DNA of 63,971 bases, the filler included, from Phoronis australis (lineage: Eukaryota > Animalia > Phoronida): the NCBI GenBank assembly GCA_002633005.1. It is 6 parts of 6 records of this genome, joined end to end, with 100 filler letters (N's around TTAATTAATTAA, not from the genome) between each part and the next. Parts side by side here need not be neighbours in the genome. Positions count along the whole stretch, not along the records: positions 19,607 to 35,395 come from NMRA01001521.1; positions 35,496 to 42,310 come from NMRA01002106.1; 4 more parts are not named here. One strand, written 5' to 3'. Of the stretch, positions 25,701 through 37,793 are shown one piece after another (position 1 is the first letter of the stretch; every line of letters begins with the position of its first letter). The translations under genes and the position numbers were made by a program. Below the pieces are notes generated by a model. That model searched no databases. It saw only the letters and a program-made list of their open reading frames with translations, and was not told the origin of the DNA.

Positions 25701-28700
25701 ACTAAGTGTTCCAAATCATTAGTAATGATGTCACGCTATTTTAGAAGTTGGCGACCTTTGGTGAAGTTTTCAAAAATGCCTCTAAATAGTTTGACACAAA
25801 CATTCGAAATGTTTTGCTCCACAATTCAGCCTAATGTCCTCAAAGTGATCCTGTCAACGTTTGTTTCAAACCGACTGGAGCTAAAAACAGACTGTCCTCC
25901 GTCAGTTGATTTTTAACTTGTTTGCAAAAAAATGACTTGATAATACCTTTGATAAATGTGGTAAGAAATATAATGTAGAACCATAGGACTTCATAAAATA
26001 ATGTGGTAAGAAATATAATGTAGAACCATAGGACTTCATAAAATAATGTGGTAAGAAATATAATGTAGAACCATAGACCCTATTCACGCCGACAGGAGGC
26101 GCATTCCAAAACGAGGCTCGCTACGATAGCTCTGTTAGCTTCTCGGCATAGTTCTGTGTTTCAGACCGTGTTGTTCCGCGAACAGCTAGAAAAAATACGG
26201 ACACGCAACTGTCTGCTTCACAATCTCTAAAGACGTTGAGATTCGGAAACGTTGTGTCGTTGCCGCGACGAAGGAAAATATGTCCGTGTAAAATTTATAA
26301 ATGTTTTCGAAAAGTTAGATCATATTTTGTCGCATGTCGGTCAGTTGTTAATCATCATAGTAACGACCGGAGAATGGGCCAGCCAGGCTGTGTTTTCATG
26401 ACTACGGATTTAGGGGGGCATGGCCCCCTAAAATTGTATCAGAGCCCATTTTTGAGTTCGGGTGCGAATTGCTGACTAGCACACGTGCGCAACCAGGGTC
26501 GGTTCTTGGGGGGTGAATAAACAACGCATAGGCGCTGAATAAACCCCGTTACCGTTTTTTTTTAGTCAACCGTTACAGGTCCGCAAACCCAAGAATTCAA
26601 GACCCCTGCATCCCCAGAGTTTAGGCTGGGCGCGCGCATCTGCCGAAATGCTGCTTATTCCTGTGCCCTGCCCACCNNNNNNNNNNNNNNNNNNNNNNNN
26701 NNNNNNNNNNNNNNNNNNNNNNNNNNNNNNNNNNNNNNNNNNNNNNNNNNNNNNNNNNNNNNNNNNNNNNNNNNNNNNNNNNNNNNNNNNNNNNNNNNNN
26801 NNNNNNNNNNNNNNNNNNNNNNNNNNNNNNNNNNNNNNNNNNNNNNNNNNNNNNNNNNNNNNNNNNNNNNNNNNNNNNNNNNNNNNNNNNNNNNNNNNNN
26901 NNNNNNNNNNNNNNNNNNNNNNNNNNNNNNNNNNNNNNNNNNNNNNNNNNNNNNNNNNNNNNNNNNNNNNNNNNNNNNNNNNNNNNNNNNNNNNNNNNNN
27001 NNNNNNNNNNNNNNNNNNNNNNNNNNNNNNNNNNNNNNNNNNNNNNNNNNNNNNNNNNNNNNNNNNNNNNNNNNNNNNNNNNNNNNNNNNNNNNNNNNNN
27101 NNNNNNNNNNNNNNNNNNNNNNNNNNNNNNNNNNNNNNNNNNNNNNNNNNNNNNNNNNNNNNNNNNNNNNNNNNNNNNNNNNNNNNNNNNNNNNNNNNNN
27201 NNNNNNNNNNNNNNNNNNNNNNNNNNNNNNNNNNNNNNNNNNNNNNNNNNNNNNNNNNNNNNNNNNNNNNNNNNNNNNNAATTGCACATGACAGACACCA
27301 CTGTCGAATATGTCTTCAACTCGTCAACAATACGAGCAGATGACCTGGTCCGCGTAGAAAGTATTTTGATCAACAATTTACAAGAAAAAACGTAACCCTG
27401 CATTCAGCATAATACCTAATCCGTAACACTACGATCGCCGCAATTTGGTCATATTTACTTTTCATGTTTCGAACCTAGTTTTCCGAAAAAAAATTAAACC
27501 CTTTCGTCAGACAACTCTTTGGCGCCTTAACTTGTTCTCTAATGTAATTTTCTACGTCTCTGTGTTTAATTGTCGACACATCATTAAAATTTAATATCCA
27601 GGTTGGACTCGAAAGACCGGCTATTTAACTCACGCAATGTCTACTTTCGCTTTGTTTATCGCAGTGAGCCTCGCTTTGAATCTTAATGGCCGCCGCGTGA
27701 ATAGGGTCTATAGGACTTCATAACATAAAATCTTAGTCCACTTTCAGCACGCAATATGATAGGTGAAATATTAACACAAACAAGCACTTTAATTTATACA
27801 TGAACAAAAAATCCAGTGTGCTTTGTTTGCCTTTAAGACAGGAGCACGATAAACCGTGTGTCGTGAGTAGCCCAACGAAACCACTCTATGCTCAGCATGG
27901 GACAATTCCACTTACAACAACAAATGGTGAAGCTGCGGGATCCTGATACTGCACGAGCAAAGTGTCGACAGGGACCTGAACACACGGTCGACTCTTCAGA
28001 CGCTTGTTGAGATGCACCAGCAACTCCATGACCTTCTTACGCACACCTTCTTGCTGGCTAGACAGCTTGAGCAGAACCGGCGGCAGGAACTTGTATACGA
28101 GGCTTTCAAGCTGCTCGTCGGTCTCGGCAGAGCCGATACGCAGAAACACACGCTCCACTAGGGCTGAAACCAAAGAAAGCTGTGTCATACAATACGAGTT
28201 GGGAGTGTTTGAGCAAATGGAAGAGGGTGGATAAAGAAGAGGGAGGACTGACACACGAGAGGCAAAAAAATGGTGGACCAAGCGGGACAGGAAGAGGGGG
28301 TGAATAACTCTTTCAAACTGGTTTCCGAAATTTCCTTTCTGTGAATTTTAGATATAGGTTCCTTACACCAAAAGGGAGATGATAGCTCTTTTGTGATTAT
28401 AATGCAGAACAGGTTTGGAATGTTTGGACAAACCTGTCAAAGCTGGCAAGAAACAGATACTTTTCATTGTCAATACAAATAGTTTAGAGAAAGACACTAC
28501 TTCTTATCGGAGTATAGAAAATTTGGGAAAGGTTGACTTGGTTTTAGGTACTGGGAACTTCCAAAAGAGCACCACCAATATAAACTATCTGGGGTTCTTT
28601 CAGAGACAAGACTCAAAAAGACCCTATAGTCGTGGCTCTTTCAGAATTGTGTGACATGAGGAAAATGTGGTCAAGATGTCAAAATTTCTTAATTTTTGGT

Positions 28701-30269
28701 CTTTAAAAGCATTGTGAAGCTTGTTTTGTTATAGCCAAGCTTTCGACAAAGTGAAACCTCCTCTGACAACATAACGTACTTTAAAGTCCATGATAACTGA
28801 ATGAGGGTGCTAGAGGGCAACAATGTAAGTTTCCAAAGGAGAACACCTCTTTTCTCCTTAAGACTGTCTTTGTTACTGAGAAAGTGCTATCATACAACTT
28901 GAGAAATAAAAATGTGATTAAATGCCAATTTCCCAACTAAGATTCTAAAAGTTAATCTGCATTTTATATTTTTTCAGAATGCCACTCAATAAAAAGATAG
29001 TCCTAAATAAGCAACCACAACTGTACAGTGGAAGACATCATTGAGAAATTAATTATTCTTTGAAATAAAAAAACATTTGTGTGAAACTGTTGTAGACAGT
29101 GGCAACCACCTCTAGCTGTCTCATTAGAGACGGTGTAGCTCCTATAGAAGCTTCATACGCCAGAAACTTTTTGGCGAATTATGCCTCACACTGATTAAAA
29201 AATCAAAGTCCCGTTCTAATAAATACCTTTTGTGCATAGAGGGACACCTTAAAAGATCGTCATTGTCTCTAATTCCCTCCAACTTCAACAAGTACTCCTG
29301 TTATCAAACTTTTTTTAGCAGTCCCTCGTTCAGTTCCCAAAATCGGAAACTGACCATTTCTAACACTGAGCGCAGCAGGCGGTATAACTTCATACCCCTG
29401 CCATGCGCGGTGTAAAAATGGCCAGTTACTGATTTTGGGAACTGAACAAGGGACTGCTCAAAGAAAAAGTTTTTTATAACAGGAGTATTTGTTAGATTTG
29501 GACGGAATTAAAGATATCAATGGTCTGTTGACCGGAGGTGTCCCTGTATGCACAAAAGGTATTTATTACAATGTGACTTTGATGTTTTAGTCGGTGAGCG
29601 GCATAATTCACCGAAAAGCTTCCTGCATAAGAAGCTCCTATAGGAGCTACACTGTCTCTTATGAGCCACCAGTAGAGATGGTGGTCACTGTCTAGTGAGA
29701 CTGGTGAAGTGGTTCTGCCCTCTAAACGTTTGAGAAGCGGGAAGCCTGGGGGAACCGGCACTAGTCGGATATAATGGACCCTGATTTAGGGAACCAGGCA
29801 ATCACTGAATAATGGCCGTAATTTAGTAGATGAAACCGGTTATCAGGGTCAATCCAACTAGTGCCAGGGAACCTGTGAGTGCCCCTGTAATCTACAAACA
29901 ACAGACAATCTTCCAATTATTAGTTTCATCTGGACTTCCTTGGCTGATTAAAGTTTAAGACTGAAATGTGCGAGCAGGCTTAACCGCTTCACTTTGTATT
30001 CAGGCGTTCAATGCACTTCAGTCTGCACTGTCACGGTTCACTCACGACTGTGCAAGCAGTTCACGTCACTCGTCATTCATTCTCGAGCCGAGGACCGCCA
30101 ACGCCATGGACAACTGTGAGTATATTTTACATTATACCACCGAATTGACAGGGTGTCTTCAATTTTTAAGGTAAATGAAACAGCGCAATTTAGAGCCCAG
30201 TCACGACTCCCTTTCCTTGCAAGAAAATTGCAAGTCACACAACTTACTCAACTCATCTTGTTCCGCCAT
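19757..30269 (-). CDS. ECPAS: Proteasome adapter and scaffold protein ECM29, first 10 coding exons (gene cut by the spacer at 19507)
   Basis: Exons 30248-30269 (MAEQDEL), 27916-28163 ([18 protein letters not shown]...[17 protein letters not shown]), 25519-25637 ([15 protein letters not shown]), 24550-24705 ([14 protein letters not shown]), 23369-23623, 22493-22613 ([17 protein letters not shown]), 21829-21948, 20502-20587, 20127-20208 and 19757-19873. All introns are GT-AG with consistent phase, and the peptide is colinear with the ECM29 N-terminus. Confidence 0.95.
20865..21226. repeat. 60-bp minisatellite, about 6 copies, intronic
   Basis: Unit GTCTTACTTTTGAACAACATACCATCGTTCAGAGACGGCTTCTCAAAATGCTTTAAGAAT repeats in register with the 60-nt lines. 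Confidence 0.95.
22985..23195 (-). repeat. Interspersed repeat, diverged copy 1 (copy 2 at ~54090-54295)
   Basis: The reverse complement aligns with 54090-54295 (GGGCTGCAACTCCGACGTTAAAAAGTTTGATAAACTGGACAA versus GGGCTACAACTCCGATGTGAGAAAGTTTGATAAACTGGACAA). Confidence 0.75.
25955..26074. repeat. 45-bp tandem repeat; third copy interrupted by a transposon
   Basis: AATGTGGTAAGAAATATAATGTAGAACCATAGGACTTCATAAAAT starts at 25955, 26000 and 26045. The rest of copy 3 resumes at ~27710. Confidence 0.9.
26075..27709. mobile_element. TIR DNA transposon with a 2-bp AT target duplication (ISL2EU/PIF-Harbinger-like); contains a nested MITE and an N gap
   Basis: TIRs AGACCCTATTCACGC / GCGTGAATAGGGTCT; AT at 26073-74 and 27710-11; removing the element and one AT restores the tandem repeat unit. 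Confidence 0.8.
29095..29692. mobile_element. Fold-back MITE of about 600 bp, palindromic along its whole length, TA-flanked (Tc1/mariner-like)
   Basis: GACAGTGGCAACCACCTCTA...TAGAGATGGTGGTCACTGTC. The arms pair throughout (for example AATAAATACCTTTTGTGCATAGAGGGACACC / GGTGTCCCTGTATGCACAAAAGGTATTTATT), with the centre near 29387. Confidence 0.85.
29757..29865. mobile_element. Small MITE
   Basis: TIRs GGCACTAGTCGGAT...GACCCTGAT / ATCAGGGTCAATCCAACTAGTGCC. Confidence 0.55.
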
Positions 30270-32641
30270 GTTCATTCTTCAATTTCGTCATTTAGTTTCG
30301 AACTTTTTTGCGACCCCTGGTGGTTGTTTCACACAATTATTGTCAGCTACTTAATCCCGTTCTTTTATTCGTGCCAGTAATTTTTGTTGATGTGTTAAGT
30401 ACTAATGCTTGTTTGTTGTTTTTTCTAGAGCAAGCTCTTCATTTTGGCTCAACTAATTTTTCTGACAGAGTGTTTATAGTATGTTTTTATCCAAAATGCG
30501 TTACACTGGATACAATCAGAATAGTAAAGCCTCTGGACTTTTTCACTGGTAATCATCAAAATATCAGGGAGAGTTTTATTAAAGGTAGCAATTCCCGGTC
30601 CCTGTTACTAGACGGACGTAGGCCAGGTAAAATTCTTCACTGAGTTTTCTCACAAGTTAAAGAATCAGCCGGGACATTTTTACCTGTCAGAGCTCGCCAA
30701 GAAAGCTGTACTTATGATATGGCATCAAAAGCCTTCGGCTCTCATCCCTTTTGTCACCAGAGTTGATTCAGAACCCGACAAGGTTTGATAAAGCGCCATC
30801 CTACAGGTTCTATCTTTTCAAAGCATTCAACCGAGATCTAATGATAGAAACTCGGTCCGTTTCACAGCACCTTGCACTTCGTCAACAAATTTATACAAGG
30901 CGATGTCGTCAACGGGCGAATCTGATTTTACAGCATTCTGAGGAGTACTGCATTAGCGATGGCTTCATAGAAATTAAAAACCGACAACCACGTAAATAAA
31001 ATTTTCAGTTTTGCTGAAATCATCTTGACAAGCAAATAACATTGCCTTAAACTGAACACATAATTCTCATGGAGAGCAGGCCTCGAGTCTTCGGTGTAAG
31101 TCTATAGGCCTAGTTGCATAACCTGAAGTGAACATTCATCGCGAAAACCACCCGCGTACTTACGGAGTATTTCACCTAAGTAACATTAAAATATTTGCAG
31201 CGACGTCTCTCAAAAACATGGTTTATTACCGGTACAGCTGTAACAGGCCATGTCTAAGTTATCACCAACCTCTAAACACTGAAGGTAATCTGACTCTTCT
31301 TAAAAAATAATGGTTAAGTTCATAATGTCATACAATTATATTAAATAGAAGTAAATTTAGTTGCCAGTACACGGCCAATTTCACAGAACGGGACATTTTT
31401 CATAACGCATTGCGTTGTGAAAACGGTTAAGTGCCTTCACTGACGAAGTGCATGAGACTACAAAACATAAGCATGTTAAAAGACTGGTGCATTAGGTTTC
31501 CATTCTCCGGTGGTACCCGCTGATGAATGATTTTAGTAACTTTTTGAACGGTGGTAGATAATTAGTCTGCGAGTCGCGGTACCTGACAACAGAGCACCAC
31601 GCTTACACAGTAATTATCAATGGACTAGACTGATATTTGGACTATACAGATTCGACACCGCTGTCGTTTGGAGTCGAAGCCAAATGGGAGATTGTTTTAG
31701 GAAATTTTGTGAAACTAACCTTCACAATATTTTGAGGATGAAAATTCAAAACAGCTTGGTCTTCAATTTTTAAAAATCGGTGAACTAATAACTCAAATCA
31801 TAACATTTTTAGATAACTTCCGAAATATTTTGGATTACTGATTACGTTTTCACTCCATCTGATCAGCTTAGGGATGTATACATATCATAGCCAGATTCAA
31901 TGGTCAGTGCAAACGTGTCTATTAGGATTTTCGAAAGGCTTTAGGGTAACGGGATGCACTGCAGTAAATCTAGTCATGCAAGTTGCAATCGTGACCACAA
32001 GATGGCGTGCCACTCGGCTTAGGTCGATGGTTATGACTCTTTTTCCTACGAATGAGTGTTATGTTTTAAAATTACCTGAGAAAAGGCTCACACTAATGGT
32101 AACAAACTTAGCACTGAAAAGGCTCCGTATCTGCGGCAGCACTGTGCAAAAGGATTTTGTATTATACTTTGTTCCGTTGGAACTACAATTCAAAGGTTTT
32201 GTTGAATTTTGATTCAATGTTTGAGCTAAGCAGAGGTTAAAACAACGTAAAAGGAGATTATTACATGAGAAAACTATATGACGGGCTTCCTTGACTTTTC
32301 ATATAAATTCCCAAAAACGAAATGGTCTCTCTTCAGTTATTCTAATTCTTTAAAAAGGTGGATTAAATTGATTTTTCACTGAAGTTCTCAGGTACCCTCA
32401 TACGTTTTGTTTTAGCCCTGCACTGAGAAGGGGTCGATAGTGGCAATTCATTGTGGGAAACTATTTCACTGAAAATTACCATACCTGACCTACAGCACCC
32501 TCCATGCAAGTGAATGGCTGCTTCAGAGCAAGTCAAAACAATTAAGTCGATTTACAACTCTGAGGGCACAGCACGGTGTTTTCAAAATAACGAGTGAAAA
32601 CGGGAACAAGACATTGAACACAAGAACTGAAGCCTCAAGAC

Positions 32642-32808
32642 CAGTGGCGGATTTAGAGGGGGGTCTAGGGAGCCATGTCACCCCCTCTTCGAAAATTCTC
32701 GTATTCCATTTAGCTGTTAGGGGGTGCGGAATGTCTGACGCGCAAAATCCTGGCTGAAACTCCTCCCTGGCCCCATCCCCCAGACTCAAAATCATGAATC
32801 TGCCCCTG
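32642..32808. mobile_element. hAT-like MITE with 5-bp TSD
   Basis: CAGTGGCGGATTTA...TGAATCTGCCCCTG flanked by AAGAC on both sides. Confidence 0.8.
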
Positions 32809-33774
32809 AAGACGAAACGTTATCACAGCATAAAGAACCACAATTTTCCTCCTTCCATACAACTTAACTACCGACAAGTGGGGAAAGTAAGCTTGGAATC
32901 AATGCCCCAAATTCTGTCACGGGCATTATGAGCGCACTCAGTCTAAAGGATGGGAGGACTCGAATTCCCGAGGATGTGGACTTAGTACTAAAAAACAAAC
33001 GATGGACTAAAAAACAAGAGAAANNNNNNNNNNNNNNNNNNNNNNNNNNNNNNNNNNNNNNNNNNNNNNNNNNNNNNNNNNNNNNNNNNNNNNNNNNNNN
33101 NNNNNNNNCCCCCCCCCCCCCTCAGCCGCATTTTAATTACCGGCTTGAGTTGCCGTTTTATTTTTTGCGGCAGCCAAGGGAGGTCCCCCCCTCCCCCCAA
33201 TCCGCCTATGACCCAAGAATTCATCACATTCATGCAGACACATGTTGAATAAAAAGGAGTATGCACACACCCCTTTTCTAAATCGTTCAGAAAATGCTAC
33301 CATCACTGAACAAGTCTGTAAATCCACATAAGCTTGCCTTCTTAAATACACTGTACTCGTAGTTTGAGGTACATACCTTTCACAATAAAACGGTGCCGTG
33401 AAGTCCTATCATTACAACCAATTTCAGAAAAACACTAAGCAAAATGTTATCAAAGGCCAGGAAATATCCACAACTGTTACATGAAATCTACAACAATCTC
33501 GCGTTTACTCAAGCAATGCATAACCCTTGTGTATTAAGCTTTGATTAGAAACTATTTTCAACAAGTCTCAATGTAAATCAGGTCCAAAATCGCGTAAAAA
33601 TCTCGTTAACACAACAATATTGTGCACTCTGCCAATTTATTAAAGTCATAACCGATAGTACCCTCATACGCTTTACTTGGTTATTTTAGAATTATTTAGC
33701 AAAAGTTTAAAAACAGAGGTTTCACAACGATCTCAATTTTTCAACACGTTAAGAGCGCAAACATCAGATAAAAA

Positions 33775-34070
33775 CTGCTATGAACATGCCCTTCGTTCAA
33801 TGCTGCTGTGAACACGCCTTTCGTTAAAGGCTGCTATACATTTAAACATGCGCTTCGTTCAATGCTGCTGTGAACACGCCTTTCGTTAAATGCTGCTATA
33901 AACCCGCCTTTCTTGAATACTGCTATGAGCACGCCTTTCGTTGAACACTGCTATGAGCACGCCTTTCGTTGAACACTGCTATGAGCACGCCTTTCGTTGA
34001 ACGCTGCTATGAGCATGCCTTTCGTTGAACGCTGCTATAAACACGTCTTTCGTTGAAGAAGCTATTGAAC
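33775..34070. repeat. 28-bp minisatellite, about 10 copies
   Basis: Unit CTGCTATGAGCACGCCTTTCGTTGAACA, directly adjacent copies with no unique spacers. Confidence 0.92.
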
Positions 34071-35810
34071 TGTTAATTTACAACACAGGCTTGTATGGCA
34101 AAATGGTCGCAAAGTGTTGTTTTCTCAGACTTTAAACTGATTTCTTGTCTTAGAAAGTGACAGTGTGATATTGCTTGAAACCATGTTGACGTGACAAGCC
34201 GACGCAGTGAGTCGGTCCTCAAGCAATAACGTCATAATCAGTTCTTCTAAGCATTAGAAATCCCCTCTGATTCAAGTGAAGGACAATTTTAAAATGATAA
34301 GTGATCTAAATCAAAAATACAGCCAGCTTAACATTAGTGGAATGTTTGTTATAAATGACACTTGAAACATAAGTTCAGTACACCGTAACTATAATCATTT
34401 TAGAATAAAGTCAAATTAGTCTTTATGGCCACGCGCTATATAAGGTTTCGGATATCAGGTTCTCCGTTTTGAGACTGGTTTTAGTAGCATTTTGAACCGT
34501 GGAAGATAACTAGTCTGCGAGTCGTGATGCCGGGCAAAAGAGCTCGAGATACGTTTTTGCAATGCGGGGCTTAGTGCCAGGGCTACGTTTCAACCCTCAA
34601 CATTTTGGTTCGTGTTTTATTCCATGATTCACTTTACTTTGTTTATATTTTGAATGGACGCACTTCGTAGCTTTTTCAAAATCCCTTGACGAAACATTAA
34701 TTCGTATCCAACTGTCAGGTGACTGCCCTCCGGAACGCTACATCACGGAAAATGAAATATTTTACCCACCTCAGTGCCGCTAAGCACATACAGAAGGAGG
34801 GGTGGAAAGTGAGGGGGAATTTTAACACGTCTACGTTTTAATGACGGCCTAGTCAGTCACGGTGGCAGAAGTCATGCTGATGGTATAGGCTTTCGTAATA
34901 TCGCGGCTCTCAGGCTGGTTACCGCGCCGACCGCGTGGTTATTATTTTGTGCCCGCGGGTCGCCAAGCCGCTGGCTAGACGCCTACTCAACCTAGCTGTG
35001 AGCCTGTGTCAGATTTTTTTGCCTTTTTAGCCAAATCTTATGAACCCCATTGGGATATATTTCCACAAAAACCCAGCACACGGAATTAGCCTGACTAAAA
35101 GCTGTAGGCAGGCATGAAACCCCATAGGAACAATTCCGCCGTGGTCGTGTCAACGGTGACATCTTCACTACGGGAGGTGATGACCCGCTGGGGCGGGGTT
35201 TTGTAAGCATACTGCATGATACGCATGTCATAGAATGTAGTGATAAAATCATCACAATGGATAAATGTTTCATCATGGCAATCTGGCGATCCATTATTTC
35301 GTGTAGTCATGCCTGGTAGGCTATTCGCAATCACGCGAGCGGACGAGTGCACATCCCGCGCCGTGAGGTACGCATGGCACCGTCAGGAGGGCAAANNNNN
35401 NNNNNNNNNNNNNNNNNNNNNNNNNNNNNNNNNNNNNNNTTAATTAATTAANNNNNNNNNNNNNNNNNNNNNNNNNNNNNNNNNNNNNNNNNNNNCGTAA
35501 TACACAGCTTGACCACTAGAGGGCGCATATATCTCACTTACATAATCATGTCCAGGGCACTCCTGTTACACTACTTATTATAACTAGTTTCAGTCATCAG
35601 TAGGATCACCTTACGACACACAGCAGTGTGATACATCGTTTTAGTTATGACTGGACACTGAGTATCGTTTTACAAACATGACTGTTGACAGTGTTACGTA
35701 AATATTTGTATTTAGTTTGAAGTGTTCCTCCATGTTTATTTAGGTTAGCTAAGGGTAGAGGGATGTTGCGTATTGGCAATGCTAGTTGTGGTCCCTGCCC
35801 CTGGCGTGAC

Positions 35811-35909
35811 CATAGGCGCCCTAAGCTTCTGATCGTCCCCAATACACTGTACATAAAATGCTAGTATTATATGTAGTGTATTGGGGACGATCAGAAGCTG
35901 ACGCCTGTG
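35811..35909. mobile_element. ~100-bp hairpin MITE, copy 1
   Basis: AGCTTCTGATCGTCCCCAATACACT...AGTGTATTGGGGACGATCAGAAGCT; nearly identical to 36418-36523. Confidence 0.8.
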
Positions 35910-36417
35910 TGGAGTGTGGGTCTGACAAGACAACGCGCAGAGTGTGCAGTTATTCAGTTATTGCCTAATACATTACAAGACTTCTACTAACCTGCCGTTT
36001 TTCACATTCCAAAAAACAAACTACAACGCAGCGCCACGAAGGCGGACAAAATACGCAAGTCACAAAACTTTGAAAAGGGATTTCCCAAAAGTCCAAAGTT
36101 GTCAGTTACTGCTGCACTGTGACCTTGACCCAGAGCCACGTTTTTGTGTTTTTCTCATAGAAGAGCTAGTGCGGCTGCGTTCTCATTGTAAACCAAGTCT
36201 AAAAGTAATGTTGGAAAACTTGAAAATCACGAGCTAGAGGCCAAGGAAAACTTTCTCGTATCGCTTCGTATAACCATAGGTACTCAGTGATGGCCTGCTT
36301 CTCAAAATCAGGGTGCATGATGTCTGACTAGTGCCGAAGTAGGCAGCGGGTCAAAATCTTTTGAATGCCATTTAAAGTTGTTTCGATTTCATTTCATCGT
36401 TCATCGACTGTTAAAAA

Positions 36418-36523
36418 CACAGGCGTCCTCAGCTTAATTCTGATCGTCCCCAATACACTGTACATATAATACTAGTATTATATGTAGTGTATTTGGGACG
36501 ATCAGAAGCTGAGGACGCCTGTG
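36418..36523. mobile_element. ~100-bp hairpin MITE, copy 2, with 8-bp TSD
   Basis: CACAGGCGTCCTCAGCTT...AAGCTGAGGACGCCTGTG flanked by GTTAAAAA on both sides. Confidence 0.85.
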
Positions 36524-37299
36524 GTTAAAAATTGAAGGCACAAAAGTCTTACGCAATTTCTCTTCCTGCAAAATATACTGGGGAACCCAATGTTCGTCCG
36601 CCTAAGCATAAAACCGACTTGCTGTTGTACTCACCGAATTATTCCACTTCAAAGTTATGATCTGAATAGGATTCGATTTAACTCTCACAGATATACCGCA
36701 TTCATCGATTCGGAAGTTTTCTTTAATTTGTGCCGAGTTATTTCAAATGTGCACTGCCTTCGGCAGCCATTTTATTGTGACACCTAAGTTCGTCATATGC
36801 TGCCCCCTTTTGTAAAAACTGAGAAACATGCAGAAAAAGGCCAACGAAGTAATGAAAATTGCAACAGCCTGTTTTTATTGACATAAACTCGATTTGAAGC
36901 TTTGATGTTGAGCTCTGCACTGTGGTTTCCAATAAAAGCCAATTGGACAACATTTCAATGCAGTTTAATGGTGAATGCGTGAGGCAAAAATGTTAAGAAC
37001 CCAGCGTATCGCATTTGTCTGCGGATTTTTCCTTTGGCCTTCTAGATCCTACTAGTGCCTGGGACAAACAGATACATTGCATAAACAAACCCTGGATCAT
37101 GTTTTGTGTCCCGTCGGAAGAAAATTTAAATTCGAAAACATCTTCTGAAAACGCACAAAAAAGTGTATTAGTAAAATCTACTGATTTTTAAGTGGTTTTA
37201 AAAAACAATCGGTAAACTCACCGATTTTTGTCTCATTACTTTGATACGTGTCTCTTCCGATAAGTTAGTACCTAACGTGCAGACGAGCACTCCAAATTG

Positions 37300-37399
37300 G
37301 AACGCTAAGTCCCGCGTGGTTGCGCTGCACGCGAAACAAGATGGCGGACGAACTTTGGAGCCTGACGAAAATAGGTAACCGGACGATATCATAATTTTG
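37300..37399 (+). promoter_or_regulatory. Probable promoter and 5'UTR first exon of snurportin-1 with a YY1-like motif
   Basis: CpG-rich patch, CAAGATGGCGG at 37337-37347, donor G|GTAAGT at 37399/37400; the next acceptor (37785) lies 8 nt before the SNUPN ATG. Confidence 0.55.
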
Positions 37400-37793
37400 G
37401 TAAGTTTTTGTACATTTGACAGCCCGAGTTGTATTTCACTGTTTGCATCTCGATGATCGCATATAATTCAAGCCAACTCTGAGCCTAGTAAACAGTCCAG
37501 CCTGGGGCATGATGAAGTAGGTGACCACACTTTCCTGGAGCTTAGTTGTGAAAATGTATCGAAATGTGTAAGAAAGGTGCGACTGAAGCATTTTACTAAT
37601 GATTAGTAAGTATGACAAACAGCTGGAAATAGTTGTATATATAACACCTCGCATTTTGAGAACCAGTTTTCTGCAATGAATAACGGCTATGCAAACTGTT
37701 CTCAAAACGTGAGTACAACGTTATATCCGACAATATGCCAAACAATTTGTGCCCGTAGAACTAAGTTTGCCAATTGTCTTTGTAGATTAAACA

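Noticed and set aside
26621-27403. Long ORFs of 210-260 aa
   Set aside because: They consist almost entirely of X from the N gap at 26677-27279.
30015-30085. Possible box C/D snoRNA in ECM29 intron 1 (ATGACGA...CTGA on the minus strand)
   Set aside because: No terminal stem or recognisable guide sequence; it fits promoter-proximal CRE-like motifs equally well.
31069-31101. ATG...GGT|GTAAGT as the first exon of a gene divergent from ECM29
   Set aside because: Only nine codons, and no downstream exons could be linked.
33775-34070. 28-bp repeat array resembling CRISPR repeat length
   Set aside because: Units are directly adjacent with no unique spacers, there are no cas genes and the context is eukaryotic; it is a minisatellite.
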